64,000 bases of DNA from an uncultured Candidatus Saccharibacteria bacterium (GCA_964615565.1 CAZTPC010000003.1:68-64067); one strand, 5' to 3'; numbered from the stretch's first letter, positions 44,672 to 56,725 are shown. Notes: generated by a model from the sequence alone, not told the origin. Made by a program: numbers and translations.

Positions 44672-46078
44672 TTACGGTATTAATCTTTCGATTTTTGCAC
44701 CAAGTACTGGCTGGTCGCCGTAAAGATTCATCACTTCACTGATAAGCGTCGTGATCGGCTTGCTATCGGCAGGCTTTTCGATTATTACAGGGCTATAGTC
44801 AAATGTTGCATCAATAGTCGCTGACATGCCTGAGCTTTTCTCATCTTTTGGATCGGTCTGGAATGCTACGCGTGCAATGGTTTTAGTCTTTTTATTAACC
44901 CAAAGTGTAAAAGAACTTTTGCCATCACCCGATAAGCTATCGCTCAGTTCATTTGTCACATCTTTATCCAAAGTAGCGCCTGAACCGCTAGAATCTGCAC
45001 TCTTGTCGCACTCAGATACTTTCTTGAAAAGCGATGTCTTCTCAAGATCACTGCCATAGCTGTTAGCCTTCTTCTCGTCGATAGTTAGTTGGAATTTTGT
45101 GGCAGATTTACCATCAACACTATCGCTGGTCGAACTGTCGATGGCTACAAAAGGGTTCTTTTCATAGGCGTCTGCAAGTAGTTTGTAGTCTGAGTCATTA
45201 ATACTTATGTCTGATTCAAGTACACAGTCGGCGTTAGCCTGCTTAAGGAGTGTACTGTCAACTTCGTACCACTGGTTAGCGACCTTTTTACTGAGATCGG
45301 TGATCATAGTGGCATATTGCTGATCGGCACTGTCACTTGATAGTCCGGCTGCTGATGAGATGATATCGGTGATATTACTAAGATCGCCGACTTTAACATA
45401 TGCTGACTTGTCTACGTAGCGAGCCTCGCCAGTAAAGGTAAATCCGCTGACTGTCACGCTAGCATCAAGCCCTAAGGTCTTCTTATCCCTGTTAGACTTG
45501 GTCGTTATAGTCGATTTATAGGCTACAGAGTCTGCCTTACCTTCGGCTGTGATTTTTGCAGTGACGTTCTTTTGCGACGCTGTATTCTTGAATGCGGCTT
45601 TTAGAACGTTTTCTGGCTTGTTAGGTAGCATTACTCCAAAGTATGCGGCAGCTGATCCACCACCAAGAACAAAGACTCCTGCAAGTGCAATAAGCGCGAT
45701 CTTTAGCTTTCCACTACCTTTTGATGCGGTGGCTGCAGATGTTTGGCTAAAAGATTGAGGCATTACACCGGGTTGACCTGGCACTGCACCTGGCACGTCG
45801 GCACCAAATACTTGCGGGCCAACAGAAGGAGAAGCAGGAGTAGCCATTGGCGCGACCATCCCTGGGTTAGTAGCTGGGTCAGTTGGTGGTGTGAATAGTG
45901 GTGAAGGTGTTGGCTGTCCTATTGGTGCTGCAGATATCTGCGAAAAATCAGCTGGAGCCGGTGGTGTGAATGGAGCGGCGGCTGGGTCAGAAGCTGGAGC
46001 CGGTGGAGTAAATGGATCTGGGACCGGGCCACCAGGTAATGGATTAGGTTGTTGAGGAGTTGGTGCTTGCGGATCCAT
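44672..46078 (-). CDS. Hypothetical protein: Pro-rich N-terminus, one TM helix, large extracytoplasmic domain
   Basis: 468-aa ORF. The first 115 aa are P/A/T-rich, followed by KIALIALAGVFVLGGGSAAAYFGV. AAAGGAAA lies upstream. Confidence 0.5.
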   Translation of the reverse strand: MDPQAPTPQQPNPLPGGPVPDPFTPPAPASDPAAAPFTPPAPADFSQISAAPIGQPTPSPLFTPPTDPATNPGMVAPMATPASPSVGPQVFGADVPGAVPGQPGVMPQSFSQTSAATASKGSGKLKIALIALAGVFVLGGGSAAAYFGVMLPNKPENVLKAAFKNTASQKNVTAKITAEGKADSVAYKSTITTKSNRDKKTLGLDASVTVSGFTFTGEARYVDKSAYVKVGDLSNITDIISSAAGLSSDSADQQYATMITDLSKKVANQWYEVDSTLLKQANADCVLESDISINDSDYKLLADAYEKNPFVAIDSSTSDSVDGKSATKFQLTIDEKKANSYGSDLEKTSLFKKVSECDKSADSSGSGATLDKDVTNELSDSLSGDGKSSFTLWVNKKTKTIARVAFQTDPKDEKSSGMSATIDATFDYSPVIIEKPADSKPITTLISEVMNLYGDQPVLGAKIERLIP

Positions 46079-46168
46079 GCAATTTCCTTTAGATGTACCT
46101 TCAAGGGTGCCTTGGTACTTATGGTTAACTTACCACCGATTATACAGTACTTGCCTAAACTACTGTAG

Positions 46169-46187
46169 ACACTAGTAAAACTAGTGT
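46169..46187. repeat. Perfect 8-bp inverted repeat ACACTAGT-AAA-ACTAGTGT followed by a T-run, upstream of tRNA-Ala
   Basis: Read directly from the sequence. It lies in the divergent region between the Pro-rich gene and the tRNA promoter (TAGAAT at 46196-46201). Confidence 0.4.
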
Positions 46188-46228
46188 TTTTACGGTAGAA
46201 TCTATCTGTTAAAGCCATTTGGCAACAT

Positions 46229-46305
46229 GGGGCCATAGCTCAGCTGATTAGAGCGCAGCGCTGGCAGCGCTGAGGTCCGGGGTTTGAATCCCCGTGGCTC
46301 CACCA
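46229..46305 (+). tRNA. tRNA-Ala (anticodon GGC), CCA encoded
   Basis: Folded by hand. The acceptor GGGGCCA/TGGCTCC carries the G3:U70 Ala identity pair. The anticodon loop is CTGGCAG and the T-arm is CCGGGGTTTGAATCCCCGT. Confidence 0.9.
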
Positions 46306-46310
46306 ATACT

Positions 46311-46333
46311 AAACTCCTGTGGGAGTTTTTTTT
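46311..46333 (+). terminator. Rho-independent terminator after tRNA-Ala
   Basis: AAACTCC-TGTG-GGAGTTT followed by T8. Confidence 0.7.
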
Positions 46334-46337
46334 GTTA

Positions 46338-46343
46338 TAGAAT
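46338..46343 (+). promoter_or_regulatory. -10 element TAGAAT, 6 nt upstream of the ATG at 46350 (leaderless-type)
   Basis: TAGAAT-CTAGTA-ATG. Confidence 0.35.
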
Positions 46344-46349
46344 CTAGTA

Positions 46350-46604
46350 ATGAATAGAGAACCCGTCCCCAGAGTTGGCCGAATATCTGTTGCACGCTTT
46401 GCAGCTGTGCTTTGCTTGTCTCTAGTTGGGGGTTTAAGCTTTTACGCCGCAGAGCAAGATGCAATTGAGTTCTCGAAGAGCACGCCTATGGTGAGCTCAA
46501 TCGAGCTAATGAAGTTGGGTGAAGAAGTTGCTGCAGAGTTATTGGTGGCGGCGGTTTCACTTGGCGCAGCAGTTCGTGTTGCTACCGATCCTGATCGAAG
46601 ATAA
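46350..46604 (+). CDS. Small hypothetical membrane protein (84 aa)
   Basis: The ORF is bracketed by a -10 box and a strong terminator. I prefer it over the overlapping antisense ORF at 46442-46726. Confidence 0.45.
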   Translation: MNREPVPRVGRISVARFAAVLCLSLVGGLSFYAAEQDAIEFSKSTPMVSSIELMKLGEEVAAELLVAAVSLGAAVRVATDPDRR

Positions 46605-46631
46605 AAAATACTCCGTACAGGAGTATTTTTT
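46603..46631. terminator. Bidirectional rho-independent terminator
   Basis: A6-ATACTCC-GTACA-GGAGTAT-T6. It serves the 46350 ORF on the plus strand and the beta-helix gene on the minus strand. Confidence 0.7.
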
Positions 46632-46762
46632 ATGTGTCGTGCGTGCCCACCCACGGCGGGTGATTTTTGTTTCACAGTTTTTGTTTTATAGGTACGCGCC
46701 GTAGAACGCACGATTACTTTAATCATAAGCGCTTAACCAGAGATGTCAAGAGTTTTAGCGGG

Positions 46763-49369
46763 TTAAGGAATCTGCTTGACGGTACAGTTAAATAGCCACC
46801 AGCCACAGTTTGCCTGTGCCTTCACGGTTGTCTTTGGGGATTCAGAAGTACCATTCGTGGCTACGATATCAAAACTGTACACCTTACCAATGGTAATACC
46901 TGACTGCGTAAAGTTAGCCGTGGACTGTGTCTTAGTCGTAGGAACCTGGCTATCGGGGGTAAAGGTGACTTTATAGCCGGTTGCCCCAGCTACAGCCGAC
47001 CAGCGCATACCAATACCGTAGTTTAGGAATCCTTGATCTAGGCCGAATGATAGCCCAGTTGGCTTGGTGAGACTTGGTTGCGGTACAGGCACAGGAGTCG
47101 GAACTACTGCAGCTGCATTAACTACTACTGACTGACTAGTAGAAGTTGTTACGGCTGTAGGGCTAGCGTTGTCATAAGCCCTGGCAGCATAGGTAAAGGT
47201 ACCTGCACCGTAACCATTTGCATCGTATCGACACGTGATGGTGTTGTAGCAGGTGTAGACAACGGCATTATTCTGCAGAATCTCGAGCTTAGTGATTGAT
47301 CCGTCTGGGTCACTTGCGACTGCGTTTACCTTGAAAGCGGCATCAGCTACAGAGGTAGCAAGCGTGAGACTGCTTGATGTGGCAGTTACGCTGGCAGTTG
47401 GCACCTTGTTCGCTGGAGCTGGCGGAGGAGTTACAGGATCTGGCGTAGCGATTGCAACACTACTTTCGCTACCGTTTCGCCAGCTAACCGCACCACGACT
47501 AACAATCTGACCGGCATTAAGCCCAAGGGCGTTAGCGACATCCGCTGGCAAAGCCTCGCCACTATTTACTGCACCAGAACCGCTAACTAGTTTAAAGTCA
47601 CCTTTAGAAGCATCCTTAAAAATAGTACCTATTGCTTTACCGTCGATAAGAACACTATTAGCTTCTCGGCCTGTTTGACTCCTTAGCGTCGTATCAAGCG
47701 TTGTGTATCCGTAGTTAGCGTTAGTGCCAACCCACAGCAAAATATTCTTTGGTAGCCCTGCTGAACTCCTGAAGTAAAGGTTGTAATCCATCCCCTTCAC
47801 CGTCTGCCCAACATTAGTACGGTTCATCCAAAGCCGAAGTAGCGGCGAATAGGCAGTTGAACGTGGGCCGGATGCGCTAATATTATTCTTTATTTCAATA
47901 TTTGCAGAAGCGATGCGAGACGTATCTGGGTCGTCGTAGCTGAAGATGTTCTCTACACCGTTATTATAGCTGGTATTATTATAGATTTTTATTTGCTGGC
48001 CACTGGCTTTTACCCCGGCCTGACCATTGTTATATGCAACGTTTGAAGCGAGGATACCACCGTAGCTGATTTCGTAGTAGATTCCGTTAATTAAGTTACC
48101 ACGAGACATGTTGCCGGTAATTGCTACATTTTGACAAGCTAGATCGCACCAAAAACCGGTACCATAGTTGTCCTGAAAGAGATTATTCTTAACGGTCGCA
48201 TTAGTAAGTCGGGCAAATTTGGCACCAGCAAACGAGCCATACGTTCCTTCCCACTGTGCTTTTTCAGTGTTGTTGTTATAAAAGATATTATTTTCGAGAT
48301 TCGTGCCGTCGGTGTAATTTCCAGATAGTCCCGAGGTGCCGTTGCTTGCGAACAAACTATTCTTGATGACGAGACCGGTAGATTTATCACTACTTGAACC
48401 GGTGACAAATAAGCCACTTCCACCTGACTGCGTAAAGACCATACTATCGAATTCTATTCCCTTTGCGCCGTTGCTAACTTCGATCTGTCCTGGCTTAGAG
48501 GTAAAGACAATCTTTGATGCAAAGCGACGTACCCCAATCCCACGGAGCTTGCTGCCAGCTACTTTATCTTGGTAATACTGAATTGCTTGCTGCCTAGTAG
48601 AGCCTTCTACCATCTTGCCACTTGGGTTATCACCGATGAACACCTGGTTAGTATCGCGATTTACATAAAATGTTCCGCCTTTAACTTCTGCTTTGGTCAT
48701 AACTTGCTTAAGTTGTGTGCCCCCTACGAAGAACATATCTGGCAAGAAAGATGCTGGGTTTTCAGGAGTAACCAATACCTGTGAACCTTCACCGCCAGGC
48801 GTATAGCAACTGTAGTTAACTGCAGCGTCAGGGTTGCTCGCATCTGAAGGAGTTGCATTTTTTGGACACATTGCATTGGCTGCGGTCCAGCCGTCTTTTC
48901 GCCAGGCAGTACCATCTTGCACCCAACCGGTTACTTCGTCCGAGCCATCTAGCCATACTTCTTCATTAGGGTATGCCTGAATGGTAAGTGCTTTGGTGAC
49001 AGTCGCGGGAGATTCACGGTATATTCCGGCTCGGAGCACGATGGTATTGCCGGCAACCGCCTTGCTTCGGATTGCGTAAGTAAGGGTTTTAAGCGGTAAG
49101 TCTTTTGAACCTCTTGTACTGCTATCTACTCCGTCGGGCGAAACAAAGATAGCGTTTGCCGGGTAGTCAAACTGCGTTTTAATAATGTTCACCGTGACAG
49201 CTGAAGGATCTGCAGCGCTTGAGAAAGCTAAGAAAGAAACACCAATAGCAATAAATAACGCTGCAATAACTAAAACAGTACGTTTACTGAGGTTAATAGT
49301 TGATGAGACTGCTTGAACGGTTTTTACTCGGTTTTTTTGAGAGAATGGTTTTTTTGTTTGTTTTTTCAT
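46763..49369 (-). CDS. Secreted right-handed parallel beta-helix protein (polysaccharide lyase/hydrolase-like) with C-terminal Ig-like and FN3-like modules
   Basis: An N-terminal signal anchor is present. There are repeated NN(I/L)F..N.. turns (NNIFYNNN, KNNLFQDNYGTGFW, IYNNTSYNNG, IKNNIS). The C-terminus carries ASDPDGSITKLE and WSAVAGATGYKVTF. Confidence 0.7.
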   Translation of the reverse strand: MKKQTKKPFSQKNRVKTVQAVSSTINLSKRTVLVIAALFIAIGVSFLAFSSAADPSAVTVNIIKTQFDYPANAIFVSPDGVDSSTRGSKDLPLKTLTYAIRSKAVAGNTIVLRAGIYRESPATVTKALTIQAYPNEEVWLDGSDEVTGWVQDGTAWRKDGWTAANAMCPKNATPSDASNPDAAVNYSCYTPGGEGSQVLVTPENPASFLPDMFFVGGTQLKQVMTKAEVKGGTFYVNRDTNQVFIGDNPSGKMVEGSTRQQAIQYYQDKVAGSKLRGIGVRRFASKIVFTSKPGQIEVSNGAKGIEFDSMVFTQSGGSGLFVTGSSSDKSTGLVIKNSLFASNGTSGLSGNYTDGTNLENNIFYNNNTEKAQWEGTYGSFAGAKFARLTNATVKNNLFQDNYGTGFWCDLACQNVAITGNMSRGNLINGIYYEISYGGILASNVAYNNGQAGVKASGQQIKIYNNTSYNNGVENIFSYDDPDTSRIASANIEIKNNISASGPRSTAYSPLLRLWMNRTNVGQTVKGMDYNLYFRSSAGLPKNILLWVGTNANYGYTTLDTTLRSQTGREANSVLIDGKAIGTIFKDASKGDFKLVSGSGAVNSGEALPADVANALGLNAGQIVSRGAVSWRNGSESSVAIATPDPVTPPPAPANKVPTASVTATSSSLTLATSVADAAFKVNAVASDPDGSITKLEILQNNAVVYTCYNTITCRYDANGYGAGTFTYAARAYDNASPTAVTTSTSQSVVVNAAAVVPTPVPVPQPSLTKPTGLSFGLDQGFLNYGIGMRWSAVAGATGYKVTFTPDSQVPTTKTQSTANFTQSGITIGKVYSFDIVATNGTSESPKTTVKAQANCGWWLFNCTVKQIP

Positions 49370-49386
49370 ACTTAAGCATAAGTATA

Positions 49387-52435
<3,049 letters not shown>

Positions 52436-52436
<1 letters not shown>

Positions 52437-53317
52437 TAGGCTTTCTCCATTTGTCGCAGGCGCTTAATTCGATCCTCAACTGGAGGATGCGTACTAAAGA
52501 GATTACTTAGTGTCTTGCCTTTGAGTGGGTTAGCAAAAAACAAATGTGCAGTGCTGGTGTTTTGCTTGCGAAGTACGCTGCCTTCGGCGGCAATCTTTTC
52601 GAGTGCACTTGCGAGGCCTTCTGGGTAGCGAGTCGTCATAGCGCCGGTAGCATCGGCTAGATACTCTCGCTGCCGAGAAACTGCAGCCTGAATAAGTGCT
52701 GCCACAATTGGCGACAGAATAATAGCGAGTACACCAACAGCCATAAAGATTGGGTTAGCCGCTGGGCCATCATCGTCATTACCGCCGCCCCAGAACCACA
52801 TGCGGATTACAAAGTCGCTAATCAGGCTAATCACCGATGCCAGAGCAAAAGCTACTAAACTAACACGGATATCGTAGTTCTTTACATGCCCCATCTCGTG
52901 CGCCATAACACCTTGCAGTTCACTGTCGTCCATGACGTCGAGCAAGCCTCTGGTAGCGCACACTACTGCATGGTTTGGATCACGACCAGTGGCAAAGGCG
53001 TTTAGTGCCTTATCTTCCATAACATAGACTTTGGGCATTGGCATACCATTGGTAATCGATAAGTTTTCTACGGTGCGATATAGCCTCGGCTCGTCCTTTT
53101 TGGTGACTTCTTTAGCACCGTTAACGGCCAGCGCAAGCTTACTGCCGGCAAAGTATGAGAAAACTACATACAAGAGTGCTGCAAAAACAGCGTATGGCGC
53201 AAAGCTTTTATCACCTAGATAAAAACCAGCGAAGTATGCGATAAGCGAAGCGAAGGCAGCAAAGGCCACCATAATCACTACGCTTTTTCGTTTATTCTCA
53301 GCAATCTGATCGTACAT
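52436..53317 (-). CDS. htpX: M48-family zinc protease HtpX
   Basis: The HEMGH motif is in a TM context, and the C-terminal FSTHPPVEDRIKRL is present. Confidence 0.9.
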
Positions 53318-53347
53318 ACTCGGGCAAGATCTCGTTTGTTGGGTCTA

Positions 53348-53908
53348 TTAAAACTTAACTTCTGTTGGGTTTTGAACTTTCGCGTTCTCAGCTTCGTCTA
53401 GCTCGTAGAACTCTCGCTTCTTAAATCCAAGCATACCGGCAAAAATGTTGGTTGGGAATGTCTGAACCTTGATGTTTAGATCGCGAGCAGAACCATTGTA
53501 GAATCGGCGAGCAGCTTGGATCTTATCTTCGGTGTCGGTTAGTTCAGCCTGGAGTTGTGCAAAGTTTTCGTTTGCTTTGAGCTGTGGGTACGCTTCGGCG
53601 ACAGCGAACAGGCTCTTTAGAGCACCGGTGAATTGGTTGTCAGCGGCAGCTGTTTCTTCTACGCCAGTTGCGCCCATGATTGCAGCACGAGCCTTGGTAA
53701 CGTTCTCGAAGACTTCTTTTTCGTGCTTAGCATAACCTTTTACGGTCTCTACCAGGTTAGGAATAAGGTCGGCACGACGCTTAAGCTGAACAGTAATGTC
53801 GCTCCAAGCTTCGTCGACACGCACGTTAGAACGAACCAAGCCGTTGTACATTCCAGCAACAATTGCTCCAAGAACTGCGATGACGGCGATAACGATAATA
53901 ATAGGCAT
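53348..53908 (-). CDS. lemA: LemA family protein
   Basis: An N-terminal TM helix is followed by YNGLV..R..V.EAWSDI..QLKRR.DLIPNLV, the canonical LemA pattern. An AGGGAG Shine-Dalgarno is present. Confidence 0.85.
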   Translation of the reverse strand: MPIIIVIAVIAVLGAIVAGMYNGLVRSNVRVDEAWSDITVQLKRRADLIPNLVETVKGYAKHEKEVFENVTKARAAIMGATGVEETAAADNQFTGALKSLFAVAEAYPQLKANENFAQLQAELTDTEDKIQAARRFYNGSARDLNIKVQTFPTNIFAGMLGFKKREFYELDEAENAKVQNPTEVKF

Positions 53909-53970
53909 CTTCTACTCCCTAAAAGTTAACACTTTAATTACCCTCTAATTATAGCACTTTGTACCCTTGA

Positions 53971-53997
53971 AATAACAAAACTATCCAATGGATAGTT
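53971..53997 (-). terminator. Rho-independent terminator after the tRNA-Cys/tRNA-Leu pair
   Basis: The minus strand reads AACTATCC-ATT-GGATAGTT-TTGTTATTT, a perfect 8-bp stem. Confidence 0.65.
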
Positions 53998-54001
53998 AGT
54001 A

Positions 54002-54089
54002 TGGTGGGCGAGGAGGGACTTGAACCCTCAAGGTTTTTGAGACCAACGGATTTTAAGTCCGTCGCGTATACCAATTCCGCCACTCGCCC
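54002..54089 (-). tRNA. tRNA-Leu (anticodon UAA), class II long variable arm, CCA encoded
   Basis: Folded by hand. The acceptor is GGGCGAG/CTCGCCC, the anticodon loop CTTAAAA and the T-arm GAGGGTTCAAGTCCCTC. Confidence 0.9.
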
Positions 54090-54101
54090 GGAATAATAAA
54101 A

Positions 54102-54175
54102 TGGAGGTGCGTACGGGTAACGCTCCCGTCTACCAGGTTTTGCAGACCTGTGCCTAACTTCTCGGCCAACGCACC
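54102..54175 (-). tRNA. tRNA-Cys (anticodon GCA), CCA encoded, non-canonical D and T loops
   Basis: The acceptor is GGTGCGT/ACGCACC with discriminator U73, the Cys identity element. The anticodon arm is CAGGT-CTGCAAA-ACCTG. The T-arm ACGGG-AGCGTTA-CCCGT lacks TTC, and the D-loop GAGAAGTTA lacks GG. Confidence 0.7.
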
Positions 54176-54217
54176 ATTTCGCGGGTATTATACGTCAGAT
54201 GGCCTCTATTGAGTAGT

Positions 54218-54775
54218 CTAATAAACTGGATTGCGGCGTTTGAACTCTGCAAGACCCTGCCAAGGATCGGTACCAGTAATTTCGAGTTGGATGGCATCGA
54301 GTCCAAGTGCTCGAAGCCGTTGTCGGGGCGCACGTGACCGCAGGTATGGGACGCGAGACACCGTCCATGCACCGTGTCGTATTGGAACATGTGTGATGGT
54401 TACCAACCCACTAGTAAGGTTTGTCACCGCAACCGCACCCTCAATGGCAATTGCTCCAGAGTGCTTTGAGACACCATGTCTGTCTGTAGGGAGAAGCGTG
54501 CCACCGAATCTATCTAGTCGTAGTGCAACTAGGTCTACTGCGCTCAGATCTTCGAAATCGTACTCGTCCTGTTCTGGATCAGGCAAGCTATGGCTAACTA
54601 TGCCGGCATTATGTGGAGATGGAAGTACGCCAAAAGCGATATCACCTACAATATCTGCAGCAAAAGGAACCCGATCCACGGATGCGTCAATGACGACTCC
54701 TGGCTCTGAAGCCATAGGCCGATAGTAGGAACTGGGCGACTCAGGCACGCGACCAAATTCAGCAGTAGCAAGCAT
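54218..54775 (-). CDS. Hypothetical protein (Cys-free, G+C-rich gene)
   Basis: 185-aa ORF. The antisense frame is open for 164 aa, which fits a compositional bias. I recognise no motif. Confidence 0.4.
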   Translation of the reverse strand: MLATAEFGRVPESPSSYYRPMASEPGVVIDASVDRVPFAADIVGDIAFGVLPSPHNAGIVSHSLPDPEQDEYDFEDLSAVDLVALRLDRFGGTLLPTDRHGVSKHSGAIAIEGAVAVTNLTSGLVTITHVPIRHGAWTVSRVPYLRSRAPRQRLRALGLDAIQLEITGTDPWQGLAEFKRRNPVY

Positions 54776-54908
54776 ATATAACTCCTTCCAAGTAGATATT
54801 TATTTTCTAAGGCGAGCTAATAGATTAACATTATCGCTAATGCTTGTCAATAGATTAGGTCGCAGACACGCTGCTTTTATTACGCTAGTGATATACTTAT
54901 GATTAATT

Positions 54909-55526
54909 ATGATCTACGTCGGCATCGTTCTACTCGCTATCGCCGCGGCACTCTACCTATTCTGGAAAGTAGTGTTTCTGCGCAACCCCCGAAGATTTCC
55001 ACCTAAGGGTAACAACGTTATCGCGCCGGCAGATGGTGTTGTAATTGAGGTCTTCGAGTTCGTAGGCGAAGAAGTCAAACTATTCAAAGGTAACCGTCGC
55101 CTACTCGGGCTAATTAATACCCTAACTAAAGATGTAGCCAAGGAGGGCTATATTGTGTCGGTCTTTATGTCACCCATGGATGTACATATCAACCGAGCAC
55201 CAATTACTGGCGAAGTAGTAAGTGTTACGCACAGCAATGGTAAGTTCCTGGCTGTTAACACGTTTGAAGCCGGACTAGTGAACGAGAAGGCCGAGACTGT
55301 CATCAAGGGTGCAATTACTGTAAAGATGATTCAGATAGCCGGTTTTTTGGCGCGACGAGTTGTGACCAATGTAGCCCCGGGCGACAAAGTACAAGCTGGA
55401 GAAGAGGTTGGCCTGATCAATCTTGGTTCGCAAGTTACTATGATATTGCCAAAATCTGTCACGCTAAAAATTAAGAAAGGCGACCGTACAGTTGCCGGGG
55501 AGACTATTCTTGCAAAAATCAATTAG
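54909..55526 (+). CDS. psd: Phosphatidylserine decarboxylase-related protein (short form)
   Basis: An N-terminal TM helix is followed by APADGVV, MSPMDVHINRAP, QIAGFLARR and an LGSQV self-cleavage-type motif. Confidence 0.75.
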   Translation: MIYVGIVLLAIAAALYLFWKVVFLRNPRRFPPKGNNVIAPADGVVIEVFEFVGEEVKLFKGNRRLLGLINTLTKDVAKEGYIVSVFMSPMDVHINRAPITGEVVSVTHSNGKFLAVNTFEAGLVNEKAETVIKGAITVKMIQIAGFLARRVVTNVAPGDKVQAGEEVGLINLGSQVTMILPKSVTLKIKKGDRTVAGETILAKIN

Positions 55527-55533
55527 GCGCATC

Positions 55534-56025
55534 ATGAAGTTGCCCGACTATATAACGTGTCTAAATCTTATCTCTGGATTATTATCGATCTACTCGGCTA
55601 TCCATCATTATTTTGGCTGGGCAGCATTGCTTCTACTAGCTGGCGTGTTCTTTGATGCCATCGATGGCTTTGTGGCTCGACGTCTCAAGATAGAATCGAA
55701 GTTCGGTGCCGAACTAGACTCCTTATCGGATCTCGTAACCTTTGGTGTTGCTCCAATGGTTTTGGTTACTGCCTATTACAACACTCCTTGGTTGTCGTTG
55801 CTAGCCATCCTAATCCCGGTCTGTGGTGCGCTGCGCCTTGCACGACACAACATTAATCGACATCTCACTAAGGGTTACTTAATTGGCCTACCAATCACCA
55901 TGAGCGGTGTGGTCATGCCACTGTTGATCGTCTTCTCGGCAAGCGTACATATTGCTGCAGTCACAATTGTAGCTCTGTCACTGTTTTACGTCAGTACACG
56001 TCGTGTAAACAAGCTTCTGCACTAG
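55534..56025 (+). CDS. pssA: CDP-alcohol phosphatidyltransferase (phosphatidylserine synthase-type)
   Basis: DAIDGFVARRLKIESKFGAELDSLSDL matches DGx2ARx8Gx3Dx3D. The start is taken at MKLPDYITCLN. Confidence 0.75.
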   Translation: MKLPDYITCLNLISGLLSIYSAIHHYFGWAALLLLAGVFFDAIDGFVARRLKIESKFGAELDSLSDLVTFGVAPMVLVTAYYNTPWLSLLAILIPVCGALRLARHNINRHLTKGYLIGLPITMSGVVMPLLIVFSASVHIAAVTIVALSLFYVSTRRVNKLLH

Positions 56026-56026
56026 C

Positions 56027-56725
56027 CTACTGGACTTCTGCTGGGATCGGTAGACCCAGCTTCTGACGATATTCCATCAAATATTCTATGGTATCGCGTT
56101 CTTGGTTGTAAGCATCTTGGACTTGCCGCCCTACTGCGTCAAACATTGGTAAATACGGGGTGTAGGTCCCAGCACTGCTTGGTGAAGAAACACTATTGTT
56201 TGCTACACGATCACGGATAGTGTCGAGATCGACGCCAACCTGACATCCAATACTGAATCGAGGCCCTAGTTCTGATCCATAGATTGTCACCACCCGGTTC
56301 TTTGATCCAAAATGACCAATGTGCATAATCGTGCGCTGACTAGGTACGATTGCGCCAGGCCCCAACTCAACTTCATTATGCAAGTCTACTCCCAAGCCAA
56401 TTGTTGACATAGGGCTTACTTTACGTGCATCTGATGAGTGTCGATTAACGTAATCTGGACAGATTTTTGCACCGTGCATAAACAAAGTTGCATGTCCTAC
56501 TACTACACCTGCACCAACGGTTACTCTTTCTAGTACATGTACGTCCCAGCTCAACTCTGCCGCACTATTAACAACACTCATGGCGCCAACAGAGCTGTTA
56601 GGCCCAACAGAAGCACCTTTCATGATTGTCGCTGTATCATGAATTGAAGCAGTTGGATGAACATTTGATTCGGGGTGAACTCTACCCATAGGCGAATTAT
56701 TATATAATTTTTTTGTGTTATGCAC
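56027..56725 (-). CDS. Hypothetical protein with hexapeptide/beta-helix-like periodicity
   Basis: 232-aa ORF with repeated [IV]G..[ST].[IV] segments. The start codon is uncertain (GTG at 56725 or an internal ATG). Confidence 0.35.
   Translation of the reverse strand: MHNTKKLYNNSPMGRVHPESNVHPTASIHDTATIMKGASVGPNSSVGAMSVVNSAAELSWDVHVLERVTVGAGVVVGHATLFMHGAKICPDYVNRHSSDARKVSPMSTIGLGVDLHNEVELGPGAIVPSQRTIMHIGHFGSKNRVVTIYGSELGPRFSIGCQVGVDLDTIRDRVANNSVSSPSSAGTYTPYLPMFDAVGRQVQDAYNQERDTIEYLMEYRQKLGLPIPAEVQ

Noticed and set aside
46442-46726. A 94-aa minus-strand ORF in the tRNA-Ala / beta-helix intergenic region
   Set aside because: It runs straight through the bidirectional terminator at 46603-46631 and has no start signals. 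The plus-strand ORF at 46350-46604 is framed by a -10 box and that terminator, so I preferred it.
54231-54725. A 164-aa ORF antisense to the 54218-54775 gene
   Set aside because: The open antisense frame is explained by the high G+C skew of this gene. The Arg/Ser/Ala-rich product looks non-biological, so I kept the minus-strand ORF, and even that only at low confidence.
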